In this document: piece by piece, positions 43,703-54,139 of the stretch
How the letters are laid out: every line of letters starts with the position of its first letter
Numbering within the stretch: the stretch's first letter is position 1
Assembly: GCA_965237415.1 (NCBI GenBank)
Contig: CBDEFM010000002.1
Coordinates: forward strand, 1,248,001-1,312,000
Direction of reading: 5' to 3'
DNA: 64,000 nt
DNA from: Alphaproteobacteria bacterium
GTDB taxonomy: Bacteria > Pseudomonadota > Alphaproteobacteria > UBA828
Notes under the pieces: model-generated
What the model was told of the DNA's origin: nothing
The model's database searches: none
The model's input: the letters and a program-made list of their open reading frames with translations, nothing else
Translations under genes and position numbers: made by a program

Positions 43703-45441
43703 GGGGCGAAATCGATCTGCCACCTGCTTTCGACGAGATCGGCAGGACATGAGGCAGTCACCACGTACGCCGGCGTCAGCTCCAGGTACCCAGTGCTTAC
43801 CCAACCCTGATAAGGCTCCGTCGCGCCTACGGTTGCAATCAGTTCGCACTTGGGCCCATCGAATTGGGCTTGCACAATCCGATCTCCGACCCGAACGGTG
43901 AACCCTCCCTCCTCAAGCTCGGGCACTAAACCAGGGGCAAGGTGAAGATTTGACAACCACCGCGAGTCGGTCTGGTTATACAAACGATCCTCAATGACCA
44001 GCGAAACGCCCGGGCGATAGTAGAGGACTCGTTCGTGCCGGAATAGGCCAGGGCGTACGACAACGCCTGCAATAACGAAATTGGAGCCATCTTGCCCGAT
44101 TGGCCCCATCCGCAATTTACGGATATCGATATCCCTTGGCATAATGACCCGGTCGGCGAGACTTATCACATTGTGTGCTCGGGCGCTTCGCACATAGTGC
44201 CTCGCTTCGTCATTAGTGTAACCGTACTTACCGCTATCCACGAATACCTTGCGCCCCCCTTCCATAAGCACAAATCCGAGATCGTCGGCATGCTTGTGCC
44301 CGCTCTCACGCGCCATTCCGCTAACGAACAGCAAACTGGAACGTTCTTGCGGAGTATCGGGCAGCGACCGAATGATCCCGTATCCCGACCTTGTTAGGTC
44401 GCGCACCGCCCAACATGATTCGGGTACAGCGGTGAGACAGGTCTCAGGCACGGGTGACTTTAGTGCGGGCCCGGTTCCGGCACTGTCGCCAACGGCAATC
44501 CATGACCTGTCCGGATAGGCTAACCACGGCGAAATATTTTCCGCATACTCCAATAGACGCATGATAGAGGGTGTGCCAAGACGCTCGACTGCGCCTGAGT
44601 CGCGCAGCGTTCTGAGTACCCATTGATGATAGGTAGGGGAACTTTCCGCATGAACACCCTGTTCGGTAAACTGTGACTTCAGCAATGACTCGAAGGAATG
44701 GCGCGCATACTCCCGAGCAGCCCCTTGTCCACAGGAACTACGCCACGAGATCACCTCGCACAGCATATCGAGCCCGACCAACTGAAAAATAGCATGATTC
44801 CCCTTGGCCAAAAATCCACGATCCTGAAGCTTCTGGGCATGGAGGTCCGCCAAATTCGCCAGTGTTTCAAGCTCAACATCGCCCGCTTCCACACGCTCGG
44901 ACAGAATGCGATCAAGCATAAACGCCAGTCGCGCGGCGCGAATCCCGGCGGCCATATCGTACCAAGAGAACTTTTCGCTATGTCCCAGGTCAACGTGATA
45001 GTGCGCCCAGTCGAGAGCAATCTCGATCGCCTCGCGTAACCACGCCGGATCTTCGGTATCGCGATACTCATACAACTGATACTCCATCACGCGCCACGCG
45101 TGGAGCTGATATTGCCAATTTGGATCGTGAAACGGGTCTGCGCCCCAATCGATCGGCAGTGAGGCATCCCATGCCTGCACATCTCGTCGCGGTTTGAAAC
45201 TGGTGGGAGAAACAGACTTGCGGCCCAAGGCAAGCCCGGAAAAAGCGAATTCAACGGGTTCGTAGTTCAACGGTCGCAGAGGTTCGGATGCACCAACCGC
45301 ATCCGGCAACAGACATGCGTGGGCCATTGCGGCCACCAAGGCACATACGAGACTGCGGGACAAACACCTGAGTGGCGGCAATTGAACGATGCGCTGTCCG
45401 CTAACGAGGCGGAATTTCATGCAAATTATGGCTATGCCCAA
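43639..45441 (-). CDS. Heparinase II/III family (polysaccharide lyase-like) protein
   Basis: WYDM..GIR, NHAIFQ, ESSPTYH, HKHADDL, DSGKYGY, AHN motifs; lower GC; start uncertain. Confidence 0.82.
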   Translation of the reverse strand: MGIAIICMKFRLVSGQRIVQLPPLRCLSRSLVCALVAAMAHACLLPDAVGASEPLRPLNYEPVEFAFSGLALGRKSVSPTSFKPRRDVQAWDASLPIDWGADPFHDPNWQYQLHAWRVMEYQLYEYRDTEDPAWLREAIEIALDWAHYHVDLGHSEKFSWYDMAAGIRAARLAFMLDRILSERVEAGDVELETLANLADLHAQKLQDRGFLAKGNHAIFQLVGLDMLCEVISWRSSCGQGAAREYARHSFESLLKSQFTEQGVHAESSPTYHQWVLRTLRDSGAVERLGTPSIMRLLEYAENISPWLAYPDRSWIAVGDSAGTGPALKSPVPETCLTAVPESCWAVRDLTRSGYGIIRSLPDTPQERSSLLFVSGMARESGHKHADDLGFVLMEGGRKVFVDSGKYGYTNDEARHYVRSARAHNVISLADRVIMPRDIDIRKLRMGPIGQDGSNFVIAGVVVRPGLFRHERVLYYRPGVSLVIEDRLYNQTDSRWLSNLHLAPGLVPELEEGGFTVRVGDRIVQAQFDGPKCELIATVGATEPYQGWVSTGYLELTPAYVVTASCPADLVESRWQIDFAPQDSADASSISFSISGSDRAA

Positions 45442-45942
45442 TGGTTATGTCTTCTTTGAAGTAATGGCATATGTGTGTGAGAGGTCCAATACTACCGCAC
45501 TTCATTGATACCTAAACGGCGCTCTCTCAGACCAGGAATTAATACTGAAATCATCACTGTAGTCAATTGGAGACGAGACATGATTAACAGGCGCACGAAA
45601 CATGTAATATTGTTACATGAAAATTGTCGTATAGTTGGCCAGATAAGTGTTCGGAACTCGCCTTTATCTCTTCGAATCCTTGATAGGGCACCAGGAATAA
45701 CAGATTAACCAATCGAAATAACAAGTTTGGACTTGTCGACATACTGATCGCCGCTTTGAACGATCGTACGCAACACAACTATAGCCCCCTTCCGGCCATG
45801 ACGCGCGGCCAGCGGCTGCCTCATTGTCCTCCGGCGTTCACGCAGGTAGGGCAGGCACCGCAGACGCGCCACTGCGTGGCTGGCAGGCGGTGGGGAAGAC
45901 GGGTATCGTCGCTCACGGGCGCCGCAACGGGAGAATTGGCGC

Positions 45943-46785
45943 ATGAGCCTCGGCGACACGATCACGCTCAGCCTCGTGCAGATGAACAGCGGACCGGACC
46001 GCGACGCGAACATTGCGCGGGCCGCCGCCCATATCGACCGCGCAGTCGAGACCGAGCGGCCGGACCTGGTGGTGATCCCCGAGTTCTTCAATCACCCCTA
46101 TGTCTTCAACGAACGCGACCATGAGCATCTGAAGCGGGCGGAGCCCGAGACGGGGCCGAGCATCACGGCCATGCGGGCGAAGGCGGCGGAGCACAGGATT
46201 CATCTGATCGCGACGCTCTACGAGGAGGAGTCCGCCGGCCTCTACTATGACACGGCCTTCGTGATCGACCCCAAGGGTGCCATCGTCGGGAAATACCGCA
46301 AGGTGATGCCGGGGCTCTATCTCAGCCTCGAGCGCATGTATTTCCGCTTCGGCTCGCGCTTCTCAGTCTTCCAGGTGGGCTCGTGGAAGATCGGCATCAT
46401 TATCTGCTACGACACGTTCTTCCCCGAGCACGCGCGCTGCTCGGCAGTCAATGGCGCCGAACTGATCGTGGTGCCGTTCGCCGCGCCCCGCGTTGGCCCC
46501 TGGCGCGAGATGATGATCACGCGGGCCTGGGAAAACGCCGTCTATTTCGCGCCTTGCAACAAGGTCGGGCCCGAGAGCGGCTGGACCTTCGGCGGCGAAA
46601 GCATGGTCATCGACCCCGAGGGCCAAGTCCTGGCCGCTGCCGGGAACGACGGCGACGAAATCATCACCGCAGCGCTGGACCGCCGTCAGGTGTTCGAGGT
46701 CCGCCAGAAGAAGCCCTTCTTCCGCGACCGCCGGCCGGACCTCTATGGGCCGCTCTGCGCGCAGACGGAGGATATCCACGGCTGA
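45943..46785 (+). CDS. Carbon-nitrogen hydrolase (nitrilase superfamily)
   Basis: E-K-C triad: PEFF, YRK, ICYD. Confidence 0.92.
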   Translation: MSLGDTITLSLVQMNSGPDRDANIARAAAHIDRAVETERPDLVVIPEFFNHPYVFNERDHEHLKRAEPETGPSITAMRAKAAEHRIHLIATLYEEESAGLYYDTAFVIDPKGAIVGKYRKVMPGLYLSLERMYFRFGSRFSVFQVGSWKIGIIICYDTFFPEHARCSAVNGAELIVVPFAAPRVGPWREMMITRAWENAVYFAPCNKVGPESGWTFGGESMVIDPEGQVLAAAGNDGDEIITAALDRRQVFEVRQKKPFFRDRRPDLYGPLCAQTEDIHG

Positions 46786-46928
46786 GCGGAAATCCCTGTC
46801 GAATTGGGGGCGTCGGCATACTACCGTTGGAGATCGCGTGTACCGGACGAAGCACTGAAAAGGCCGCCGTCCGAGCTGCGGGCATGTGTCGCGCGCGTGT
46901 TGGGAGATAGACCTCTGCGGAGACGACG

Positions 46929-48461
46929 ATGAGCGCTCGAGTATTCGAAGAGGTGGAGCGCGAGCGGGCACGGGAGATTTCCAGGGCCGCGTTCGACGAA
47001 CAGGCGGCGGCGCTCAGGATCGCGCTGGTCGAGGCGCAGCGCGCGCTCGCGGAAGCGGATTTTCCGGTCATCGTGCTGTTTGCAGGCGTTGACGGTGCGG
47101 GCAAGGGAGAGACGGTCAACCTGCTCACGGAATGGCTCGACCCGCGCCGCATCGTCACCCACGCCTACGACCGGCTCACCGAGGAAGAAGGGCAACGGCC
47201 CGAGTTCTGGCGCTATTGGCGCGACCTGCCGGCGCGGGGGCGGTTCGGCCTCTTCCTCAGCGCCTGGTATTCCGCGCCGCTGCTGGACCGCGCCTACGGG
47301 CGCATCGGGCCGAGCGCGCTCGACCGGCGGCTCGCGCGCATCGCGGCGTTCGAGCGCACGCTCGCCGACGACGGTGCGCTGATCCTCAAGTTCTGGATGC
47401 ATCTCGACCGAGAGGCGCAGCAGAAGCGCCTGGAGGCGCTGCAGAAACATCCGCGCGACCACTGGCGAATCTCGCAGTGGGACTGGCGCAACTGGCACCG
47501 CTACGAGCACTTCAACGAAGCCGCCGAGCACATCATCACCCGCACCAGCACCGCCGAGGCGCCGTGGCTCGTGGTCGATGGCCGCCATGCGCGGTACCGC
47601 TCGCTCACCGTGTTGGGGATGGCGCGCCGGGCGCTCGAAGCCCGTCTCGCCGGCCTACCCCCGCCGGACGCGGGCTTCCGCGCCCGCGCGCCCGTCGCAA
47701 GCCCGACCGTGGTCGGCGCGACGGTGCGCGACGTCAAGCCGCTGTCTACGATCGACCAGGCGAGAACCGTGGGCCGCAAGGTCTATGAGAAGTCGATGGC
47801 GCGCTTGCGGGCCGATCTCTACTGGCTTGCAGCACAGAACCTCCTGCATGGGCTCTCGGTCGTGCTCGTCTTCGAAGGCTGGGACGCCGGCGGCAAGGGC
47901 GGCGCCATCCGGCGCATGGTCTCGGCGCTGGATGCCCGCAGCTACCGCGTCCATCAGGTAAGCGCGCCGAGCGACGAGGAGCGCGCCCATCACTACCTCT
48001 GGCGCTTCTGGCGCAGGCTGCCCGAAGCCGGGCAGATCGCGGTCTTCGACCGCAGCTGGTACGGCCGCGTCCTGGTGGAGCGCGTCGAATCATTCGCGAC
48101 GGAGCCGGAGTGGCGGCGCGCCTACGCCGAGATCCGAGACTTCGAGGAGCAGATCATCAGCCACGGCACGCTGCTGATGAAATTCTGGCTCCACATCGAC
48201 AAGGACGAGCAGGAACGACGATTCCTGGCGCGCAAGGAAAATCCCTACAAGAGCTGGAAGCTGACCGAAGAGGACTGGCGCAACCGCGCGAAGTGGGACG
48301 CTTACGAGAACGCGGCCAACGACATGATCGCAAGCACGAGCACGCCCGAGGCGCCGTGGACTCTGGTCCCCGGCAACAACAAGAGGCACGCGCGCCTCGA
48401 AGTCTTGCGGACGCTCTGCGCCGCACTGCAATCGCGGCTCAGCCAGCGGGCGGCGGAGTGA
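46929..48461 (+). CDS. pap: Two-domain polyphosphate kinase 2 (polyphosphate:AMP phosphotransferase, class II)
   Basis: Two PPK2 domains: GVDGAGKG and EGWDAGGKGG, FDRSWYGRVLVERVE. Confidence 0.92.
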   Translation: MSARVFEEVERERAREISRAAFDEQAAALRIALVEAQRALAEADFPVIVLFAGVDGAGKGETVNLLTEWLDPRRIVTHAYDRLTEEEGQRPEFWRYWRDLPARGRFGLFLSAWYSAPLLDRAYGRIGPSALDRRLARIAAFERTLADDGALILKFWMHLDREAQQKRLEALQKHPRDHWRISQWDWRNWHRYEHFNEAAEHIITRTSTAEAPWLVVDGRHARYRSLTVLGMARRALEARLAGLPPPDAGFRARAPVASPTVVGATVRDVKPLSTIDQARTVGRKVYEKSMARLRADLYWLAAQNLLHGLSVVLVFEGWDAGGKGGAIRRMVSALDARSYRVHQVSAPSDEERAHHYLWRFWRRLPEAGQIAVFDRSWYGRVLVERVESFATEPEWRRAYAEIRDFEEQIISHGTLLMKFWLHIDKDEQERRFLARKENPYKSWKLTEEDWRNRAKWDAYENAANDMIASTSTPEAPWTLVPGNNKRHARLEVLRTLCAALQSRLSQRAAE

Positions 48462-48494
48462 GTCGGCGGGTGGGCACCTCCCGTATCCGATAAC

Positions 48495-50546
48495 TCAAAG
48501 CGCGCGGCCGAGTTCCTCGCCCTCGTACATGGACTGAATCGGGCGTCTCGGCGCGAGCGCGTCGCCGACCCGGTGCAATGCCGCGACGCGCCCTTCGAGC
48601 GCCCGGTAAAGCGCGTCGTTGGGCGAGCGCAGCATCGAGATGACGACGGTATCCACCCCCTCGATGATGCGCGGCTGCCCGCCCCAGACCGAGCGGACGT
48701 GAACCGTGCTGCCTTCGATCTTCTCCACGTTCGTATGCGCGCTGCACAGCACGCCGGCCTCCTCCAGGCACGGCATCACGTAAGAGAGATCGAGCGTGCG
48801 CATGACATCCTCGCCCACCATGGCCCGCGGCGTCACGATCTCCACCTCGGCGCCGCCCGACGCCAGAATCTCGGCGAGCCCGAGCGGGAGGTAGAAGCCG
48901 GTCTCCTCCAGGATCACGATCCGCTGCCCGAGCGCGCTTGCATCCGCCAGCGCGCGCGCCGTTGCGGTGCCGACATCGATGACGTTCTTCTGCTCCGCAC
49001 CCGCAAGGCTGGGGCTGCCGGGGCGGAACTGGCTGCGGCCGTCGCAGTCCCAGCGTGCGCCGGTGGCGACGACCACGGCATCGGGTTTCTCCCGCTCGAT
49101 CGCGTCCGGCGTTGCGTCCACCCCGAGCCTCACATCCACCCCCGCGACGTCCATGGCGCGCACCAGATTGTCGATGGCGGTGCCCCATTCCTTGCGCGTC
49201 GGCAGCTCCATCAGCAGGTTCAGGTGGCCGCCCAGGCGCTCCTCGCGCTCCATCAGCACGACCCGATGACCGCGGCTTCCCGCGACTGCGGCCGTCTTCA
49301 TCCCGGCGAGGCCCCCGCCGACGACGACGATCGACTTCGCATCCTCTGGCGCCACCGGCTTCAGCGTATCGTTGCCCCACCGTGCCTCGCGGCCGACGCT
49401 CGGGTTGACCGCGCACGTGACCTGCCGGTTGTCGAAGAGGCGCGCGACGCACTCGTTGGCGCCCATGCAGCGCCGAATCTCCTTCTGCCGGCCTTCGCGG
49501 GTCTTCTTCACCAGGTGCGGCTCGGCCATCTGCGCGCGGGTCATCGCGACCATGTCGGTGGCGCCCTCGGCAAGCGCCTGCTCCGCCTGGTGCAGGTCGA
49601 CGATCCGGCCGACGGCGAAGACCTTGGCCCTGTTGCCCACCACCGCCTTGGCTCGCTTGGCGAAGGGGAGCATGAAGCCGTTCTCCACGCCCATTGGGGC
49701 GACCGCACGGTGCAGCGTGTAGTAGCCGCCGCCCGAGATGTTGAAGAAGTCGAAGAGGCCGCTGCTCGAGAGAACCTCCAGCTGCTCCTCGGTCTGGTCC
49801 GGCGTGATCCCGACATCGCCCATGAACTCGTCGAAGGAAAGGCGGACGCCGACGGTAAAGGCATCGCCGACCTGCGCGCGGACCGCTTCGCCGATCTCAA
49901 GCAGGACCTGGCAGCGCTTGCGGACGGAGCCTCCGTAACGGTCGGTGCGGTCGTTGAAGGCGGGGCTCAGGAACTGGCCGAGCAGGTAGCTGTGCGCCGC
50001 GTGCAGCTCCACTCCGTCGCAGCCAGCAACCTTCACGTTGAGAGCCGACTCGCCGAATTCCTTGACCACGTCGTCGACGTGCTTCTGCTCCATGACCATC
50101 GGGATCTCGTGGTGCACGATCGAGGGCATCTTGGAGACACCCCAGAGCGGGTGCCACTCGTCCATGATCATCGTGCCCTTGTCATGCACGCCGCAGCCGA
50201 ATAGCTGAATGAACTGCCGCGCGCCGTGCTCGTGCACCGCGTCGGCGAGCTTGGCGTATTGGGGAATGGCGCGCTTCTCCCACGCCGAACATCCTTCGAA
50301 GAACGACCCCTTGCTCAGCCTGTGGCCGGCCTGTTGCTCGGTGATGAAGAGGGCCGCACCCCCCGTCGCGCGCTCCCGAAAAAACTCGATGTGCCGGTCG
50401 CCGAGGACGTTGTCCTTGCCGAGAAGCGTCGTTTGGGCGGTCATCATGATCCGGTTCTTCACGTGCGTGGAGCCGATCTCCATTGGCTCCCACACCAGAC
50501 GAAGCTCGGACGCGGATTGATTTCCCTCGGCTGCCGCTGCGCTCAT
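48495..50546 (-). CDS. Old-yellow-enzyme-type flavin oxidoreductase with Fe-S and FAD domains (DgcA/TMADH/2,4-dienoyl-CoA reductase family)
   Basis: ELHAAHSYLLGQF, NDRTDRYGG, CMGANEC...C, GGGLAG motifs. Confidence 0.88.
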   Translation of the reverse strand: MSAAAAEGNQSASELRLVWEPMEIGSTHVKNRIMMTAQTTLLGKDNVLGDRHIEFFRERATGGAALFITEQQAGHRLSKGSFFEGCSAWEKRAIPQYAKLADAVHEHGARQFIQLFGCGVHDKGTMIMDEWHPLWGVSKMPSIVHHEIPMVMEQKHVDDVVKEFGESALNVKVAGCDGVELHAAHSYLLGQFLSPAFNDRTDRYGGSVRKRCQVLLEIGEAVRAQVGDAFTVGVRLSFDEFMGDVGITPDQTEEQLEVLSSSGLFDFFNISGGGYYTLHRAVAPMGVENGFMLPFAKRAKAVVGNRAKVFAVGRIVDLHQAEQALAEGATDMVAMTRAQMAEPHLVKKTREGRQKEIRRCMGANECVARLFDNRQVTCAVNPSVGREARWGNDTLKPVAPEDAKSIVVVGGGLAGMKTAAVAGSRGHRVVLMEREERLGGHLNLLMELPTRKEWGTAIDNLVRAMDVAGVDVRLGVDATPDAIEREKPDAVVVATGARWDCDGRSQFRPGSPSLAGAEQKNVIDVGTATARALADASALGQRIVILEETGFYLPLGLAEILASGGAEVEIVTPRAMVGEDVMRTLDLSYVMPCLEEAGVLCSAHTNVEKIEGSTVHVRSVWGGQPRIIEGVDTVVISMLRSPNDALYRALEGRVAALHRVGDALAPRRPIQSMYEGEELGRAL

Positions 50547-50649
50547 TCCTTCCCTCCTGTCCTGGGCCTGCGAGATAGTACACTGGCCCCTCACGGAAGG
50601 CCCACACCAGGCCATTTTTCAGGGCGGCGCAAGCAGGATCGCAGAGGCT

Positions 50650-50708
50650 GGATGACCGAGACGCTGACGGCCGACGTGGTGGTCGTGGGCGGCGGCAACG
50701 CCGCGCTC
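50650..50708 (+). repeat. 59-bp duplicate of the tcuA 5' end (second copy 51724-51782)
   Basis: GGATGACCGAGACGCTGACGGCCGA...AACGCCGCGCTC with 2 mismatches. Confidence 0.9.
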
Positions 50709-50716
50709 GGTCGCGC

Positions 50717-51277
50717 CTATTCCGAAGAGACCCGCACCTCATCCATGCCGACGAGCTCCCGAAGAGTGATCGGGTTTGCGGGCGCCATCGCACGCCGAAA
50801 GTGGCGGAGCTCCAACGCGGCGCTGAAGGCCGCCGTGACTTCATCCTGGGAAATCGGCAATGCCTCGCCCAACTGTTCCACGCACCAGCGCTCCACGTCG
50901 GACCAGCGCCACAATCGATAGCGACCACGCGGGTCGGTGACCGGTTTCGGAAATCCGCCGGGACCTCGAGCACCGCTTACCAGCAATCGAACACTTTCTC
51001 GGGTGCGGCCGAGGCGGGCGGCGATATCCGCCAGCGAGGCAAGACCGGCGTCGGCGATGCGTACGACCTCGACCCCCTGCAGCTTCTCCATGTCGTCCAC
51101 TGCCGACAGGATGGCGCGGTTGAGAGTTCCGGCCTTGCGATCGAAGTCTGCGAACTGGATTCCATCGCTTCGACCGATGGCCGCATCGTCGCACCCGGCC
51201 TCGAACAACGCGTCGATGCACGGCTCATCCTGAAGGTCGGGCCCCTCGACAATCAGAGTGAAGTGGAACGTAGACAT
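50717..51277 (-). CDS. Putative antitoxin/DNA-binding protein (HicB-like N-domain plus HTH)
   Basis: FTLIV..DALFEAGCDDA..FDR N-domain; LADIAARLGRTRESVRLL HTH; GFPKP, WRWSDV. Confidence 0.65.
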   Translation of the reverse strand: MSTFHFTLIVEGPDLQDEPCIDALFEAGCDDAAIGRSDGIQFADFDRKAGTLNRAILSAVDDMEKLQGVEVVRIADAGLASLADIAARLGRTRESVRLLVSGARGPGGFPKPVTDPRGRYRLWRWSDVERWCVEQLGEALPISQDEVTAAFSAALELRHFRRAMAPANPITLRELVGMDEVRVSSE

Positions 51278-51278
51278 G

Positions 51279-51530
51279 TCAGCTATCTCCCATTCGCTGG
51301 TCCCACGTATGCGAGCAGCGAGCGATGAATCGTCGCAATTGCTTGGCGTGGTTGCCGGTGTTGCGGGGCGTGGACCAGATTGATATCTGACAACCGAAAG
51401 GGCCCTCCACGCCGCATCTCATCACGCCCCAGCGATGCCCGGATTGTGTCGGCGTCACCGTCCAACCGGCGCTTTCGGCATCTCGCAAGGCACTCTCGAC
51501 CTCCTTCTTCGGATGCTTTGCCCGAGGCAT
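51279..51530 (-). CDS. Putative HicA-like small basic toxin
   Basis: 83 aa, HPKKEVESAL..GW..SGHRWG..ISIWSTPRN; ends 1 nt before the partner gene starts. Confidence 0.6.
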   Translation of the reverse strand: MPRAKHPKKEVESALRDAESAGWTVTPTQSGHRWGVMRCGVEGPFGCQISIWSTPRNTGNHAKQLRRFIARCSHTWDQRMGDS

Positions 51531-51725
51531 GTTGACACGATACAACATTCGCAGAGCCACTGTCGACCGCCACCGTGGGGAATGACCTTGACATGAAACT
51601 TGACCCCCAGCTCTCGATCGGACGAACTGCGGCCGCGGCGTGCCTGACGCGCCGGCCCGTCGGTTGGTACGGCCTCACACAGTACCTGCGGCGACGGCGA
51701 CGCAGCCTGGGACGGCAAGAATAGG

Positions 51726-53231
51726 ATGACCGAGACGCTGACGGCCGATGTCGTGGTCGTGGGCGGCGGCAACGCCGCGCTCTCGGCAGCGCTTGCCGCG
51801 GCCGAGGCCGGCGCTCGCGTGCGCCTGCTCGAAGCCGCGCCCGAGGAAGAGCGGGGCGGCAACAGTACCTATACCGCCGGCGCCATGCGGGTGGTCTTCG
51901 ACGGCACCGATGCGCTCCGCGCGCTGATTCCCGATCTCTCCGGCCGTGAACTGGCGGAGACCGATTTCGGCGCCTACACCGAAGCAGACTATTACGACGA
52001 CATGGCGCGGCTGACCCAGTACCGCGCCGACCCCGACCTGGTCGAGCAGCTCGTGACCCGCAGCCACCCCACCCTGCTCTGGCTGCGCGAGAACGGCGTG
52101 CGCTTCCAGCCGAGTTACGGCCGCCAGGCCTTCAAGAAGGAAGACGGCCGTTTCCGCTTCTGGGGCGGGCTCGCGGTCGAGGCCTGGGGCGGCGGGCCGG
52201 GTCTCGTCGCCGCGCTCTACAAGGCCGCGGCAGAAGCGGGAGTCGCCGTCCATTACAAGGCCGAGGCCCGCTCTCTGCTCACCGACGACGCCGGCGTGCG
52301 CGGCGTGCGCGCACGGATCGACGGGCATACGGTCGATATCCTTGCGGGCGCCGTGGTCCTGGCCTGCGGCGGCTTCGAGGCCAACGCCGCCTGGCGTGCG
52401 CGCTATCTGGGGCCCGGCTGGGACCTCGCCAAGGTGCGCGGGACCCGCTTCAACCAAGGCGACGGCATCCGCATGGCGCTGGAGGCCGGCGCCATGCCGG
52501 CCGGCAACTGGTCCGGCTGCCACGCGGTCGCCTGGGACCGGAATGCACCGGATTTCGGCGACCTCGCCGTGGGCGACGGCTTCCAGAAGCACAGCTACCC
52601 CTTCTCGATCATCGTCAACGCGGCAGGCGAGCGCTTCGTCGACGAGGGCGCGGACTTTCGCAACTACACTTATGCCGCCTACGGCCGGCGGGTGCTGGAG
52701 CAGCCGGGTCAGGTGGCGTGGCAGGTGTTCGACTCGCAGGTGACCCACCTGCTGCGGGACGAGTATCGCATCCGGCAGGTGACCAGGGCGAAGGCGGACA
52801 CGCTGGAGGGTCTCGTTGCCCAGATGGAAGGCATCGACGGCGCGCGCTTCCTCGAGACCGTGCGGGCCTACAACGACGCGGTGGTGACGGAGGCTCCCTT
52901 CGACCCGACCGTGAAGGACGGCCGCGGCACCCGTGGTATCGCCCCGCCCAAGTCCAACTGGGCCAACCGGATCGAGGCTCCGCCGTTCGAGGCCTATGCC
53001 GTCACCTGCGGCATCACCTTCACCTTCGGCGGACTCGCGATCGATCCCTGTGCCCAGGTGCGGGCGGTCTCGGGCACGCCGATCCCCGGCCTCTTCGCGG
53101 CGGGCGAACTGGTCGGCGGTCTCTTCTACGGCAACTATCCGGGTGGCACGGGCTTGGTCTCGGGCGCGGTGTTCGGCCGCCTCGCCGGCACTGGCGCTGC
53201 CCACTTTGCGAAGGAGGGCCGCGACCAGTGA
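51726..53231 (+). CDS. tcuA: FAD-dependent tricarballylate dehydrogenase (TcuA/CobZ-like)
   Basis: GGGNAAL, GGNSTYTAG, GNWSGCHAVAWD, YPGGTGL motifs. Confidence 0.85.
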   Translation: MTETLTADVVVVGGGNAALSAALAAAEAGARVRLLEAAPEEERGGNSTYTAGAMRVVFDGTDALRALIPDLSGRELAETDFGAYTEADYYDDMARLTQYRADPDLVEQLVTRSHPTLLWLRENGVRFQPSYGRQAFKKEDGRFRFWGGLAVEAWGGGPGLVAALYKAAAEAGVAVHYKAEARSLLTDDAGVRGVRARIDGHTVDILAGAVVLACGGFEANAAWRARYLGPGWDLAKVRGTRFNQGDGIRMALEAGAMPAGNWSGCHAVAWDRNAPDFGDLAVGDGFQKHSYPFSIIVNAAGERFVDEGADFRNYTYAAYGRRVLEQPGQVAWQVFDSQVTHLLRDEYRIRQVTRAKADTLEGLVAQMEGIDGARFLETVRAYNDAVVTEAPFDPTVKDGRGTRGIAPPKSNWANRIEAPPFEAYAVTCGITFTFGGLAIDPCAQVRAVSGTPIPGLFAAGELVGGLFYGNYPGGTGLVSGAVFGRLAGTGAAHFAKEGRDQ

Positions 53232-54139
53232 GCGGCGAACACATCGGATTTGTCGGCGTGGGCGTCATGGGCGAGCCCATGTGCCGCAATCTCGTGCGCA
53301 AGCACGACGGACCGGTCACGGCCTACGACCTGGACCCTGCGCCGCTGGAGCGACTCGCGGCCGACGGCGCGGCGGTCGCGCCCTCCATCGCCGGGCTCGC
53401 CGAGGCGGCCGACTTGATCTTCCTGTCGCTCCCTTCGGGCCGCGAGGTGCGGGCGGTGTGCCTCGGCGACGGCGGCCTCATCGAGCTCCTGCCTGCCGGG
53501 CGGACAGTGGTCGACACCAGCACCGCCCCGCCGGCGCTTGCCCGTGAGATTGAAGGCGCCTTCGCCGCGCGCGGTATCGCCTTCGCCGATGCGCCGGTCG
53601 CGCGTACGCGTCAGGCCGCCATCGACGGCACACTCAGCATCATGGTGGGCGGCGATGAGGCGCTGGTCGCGCGGCTGCAGCCGCTGCTCGGCTACATAGC
53701 CCGGGACGTGACCCATTGCGGGCCGGTCGGCAGCGGACAGGCGGTGAAGATCCTGAACAACATGATCCTCTTCCAGAACGTCCGCGCGCTGGCGGAGGGT
53801 CTCGCGATCGCGCGACGTCAGGGGATCGAGCCGGCGACATTCCTGGAGGCGGTGGGCCGAAGCTCGGGGGACAGCTTCGCGCTCCGCAATCACGGAATGA
53901 AGGCGATCCTCGCGGAGCGCTTCCCGGAGAGCGCGTTCCCTGTCACTTACGCGCTGAAGGACCTCGACTACGCGCTTGAACTCGCGGCGGACTCAGGTAT
54001 CGACGCCGAGGGCGCGGTGCTGGTCAAGGCGCTGTTCACCGAGGCCATCGAGAACGGGCTGGGCGCGCGCTACCATCCTGTGATCGCGACCCTGATCGAC
54101 CGCAAGCGCCCGAACCAGCCGGAGGAAGGATCGTCATGA
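53228..54139 (+). CDS. Beta-hydroxyacid dehydrogenase (3-hydroxyisobutyrate/tartronate semialdehyde reductase family)
   Basis: GVGVMGEPM, DAPV, KILNN motifs; GTGA overlap with tcuA. Confidence 0.9.
   Translation: MSGEHIGFVGVGVMGEPMCRNLVRKHDGPVTAYDLDPAPLERLAADGAAVAPSIAGLAEAADLIFLSLPSGREVRAVCLGDGGLIELLPAGRTVVDTSTAPPALAREIEGAFAARGIAFADAPVARTRQAAIDGTLSIMVGGDEALVARLQPLLGYIARDVTHCGPVGSGQAVKILNNMILFQNVRALAEGLAIARRQGIEPATFLEAVGRSSGDSFALRNHGMKAILAERFPESAFPVTYALKDLDYALELAADSGIDAEGAVLVKALFTEAIENGLGARYHPVIATLIDRKRPNQPEEGSS

Noticed and set aside
49405-49475. CMGANEC as a broken Fe-S motif indicating a pseudo-enzyme
   Set aside because: A CxGAxxC variant occurs, as far as I recall, in DgcA-like members of this family, so it is not evidence of decay.
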